DNA of 63,170 bases, filler included, from Octopus bimaculoides (Eukaryota), in NCBI RefSeq assembly GCF_001194135.2. It is 6 parts of 6 records of this genome, joined end to end, with 100 filler letters (N's around TTAATTAATTAA, not from the genome) between each part and the next. Parts side by side here need not be neighbours in the genome. Positions count along the whole stretch, not along the records: positions 60,330 to 63,170 come from NC_069003.1; 5 more parts are not named here. The stretch is one strand, 5' to 3'. Shown here piece after piece: positions 63,029-63,170 of the stretch (the stretch's first letter is position 1; every line of letters begins with the position of its first letter). The notes beneath the pieces were generated by a model. It was given only the letters and a program-made list of their open reading frames with translations, ran no database searches and was not told the DNA's origin. The translations under genes and the position numbers were made by a program.

Positions 63029-63090
<62 letters not shown>
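63029..63090 (+). repeat. (TAA)n at the 3' junction of the R4/Dong element
   Basis: About 20 TAA units directly after the 3' UTR. Confidence 0.95.
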
Positions 63091-63091
<1 letters not shown>

Positions 63092-63170
63092 CTACTCCAG
63101 AAGCAAGGAAAACTAATACAAATAGCCACAAAACACGAGCAAAACAAAAAACTGTTTTCAGTATTTAAGG

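Overview
This is an AT-rich, gap-ridden eukaryotic draft scaffold, most consistent with an octopus (coleoid cephalopod) genome. That inference rests on the very dense di/tri/tetranucleotide microsatellites, the tRNA-headed SINE types and an effector-less TGEKPYHCDICGKSF zinc-finger array. Only one intact protein-coding ORF is supported: a 371-aa, 12-finger C2H2 zinc-finger protein (53259-54374, +). The rest is mobile DNA and repeats: mariner and piggyBac-type remnants/MITEs; decayed LINEs (RTE, Tx1/L1-like, CR1/L2-group, R4/Dong); four tRNA-headed SINE families (my labels A-D); a hairpin-rich retroposed repeat (E); and short Penelope-like terminal repeats (F, G, H). The strongest lead is that families F, G and H each carry a minimal type I hammerhead-ribozyme-like fold. 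Family F has a non-canonical CUGUUGA core in both complete copies, and its third copy begins at the predicted self-cleavage site. Other leads: a mirror-symmetric set of inverted repeats around the zinc-finger exon; a LINE whose 3' tail matches SINE A; a multimeric SINE B with the same junction at two loci; and a CpG-depleted block containing the gene. All analysis was by eye with no database searches. Family labels are local, and boundaries of degenerate elements are approximate (about 10-30 bp).
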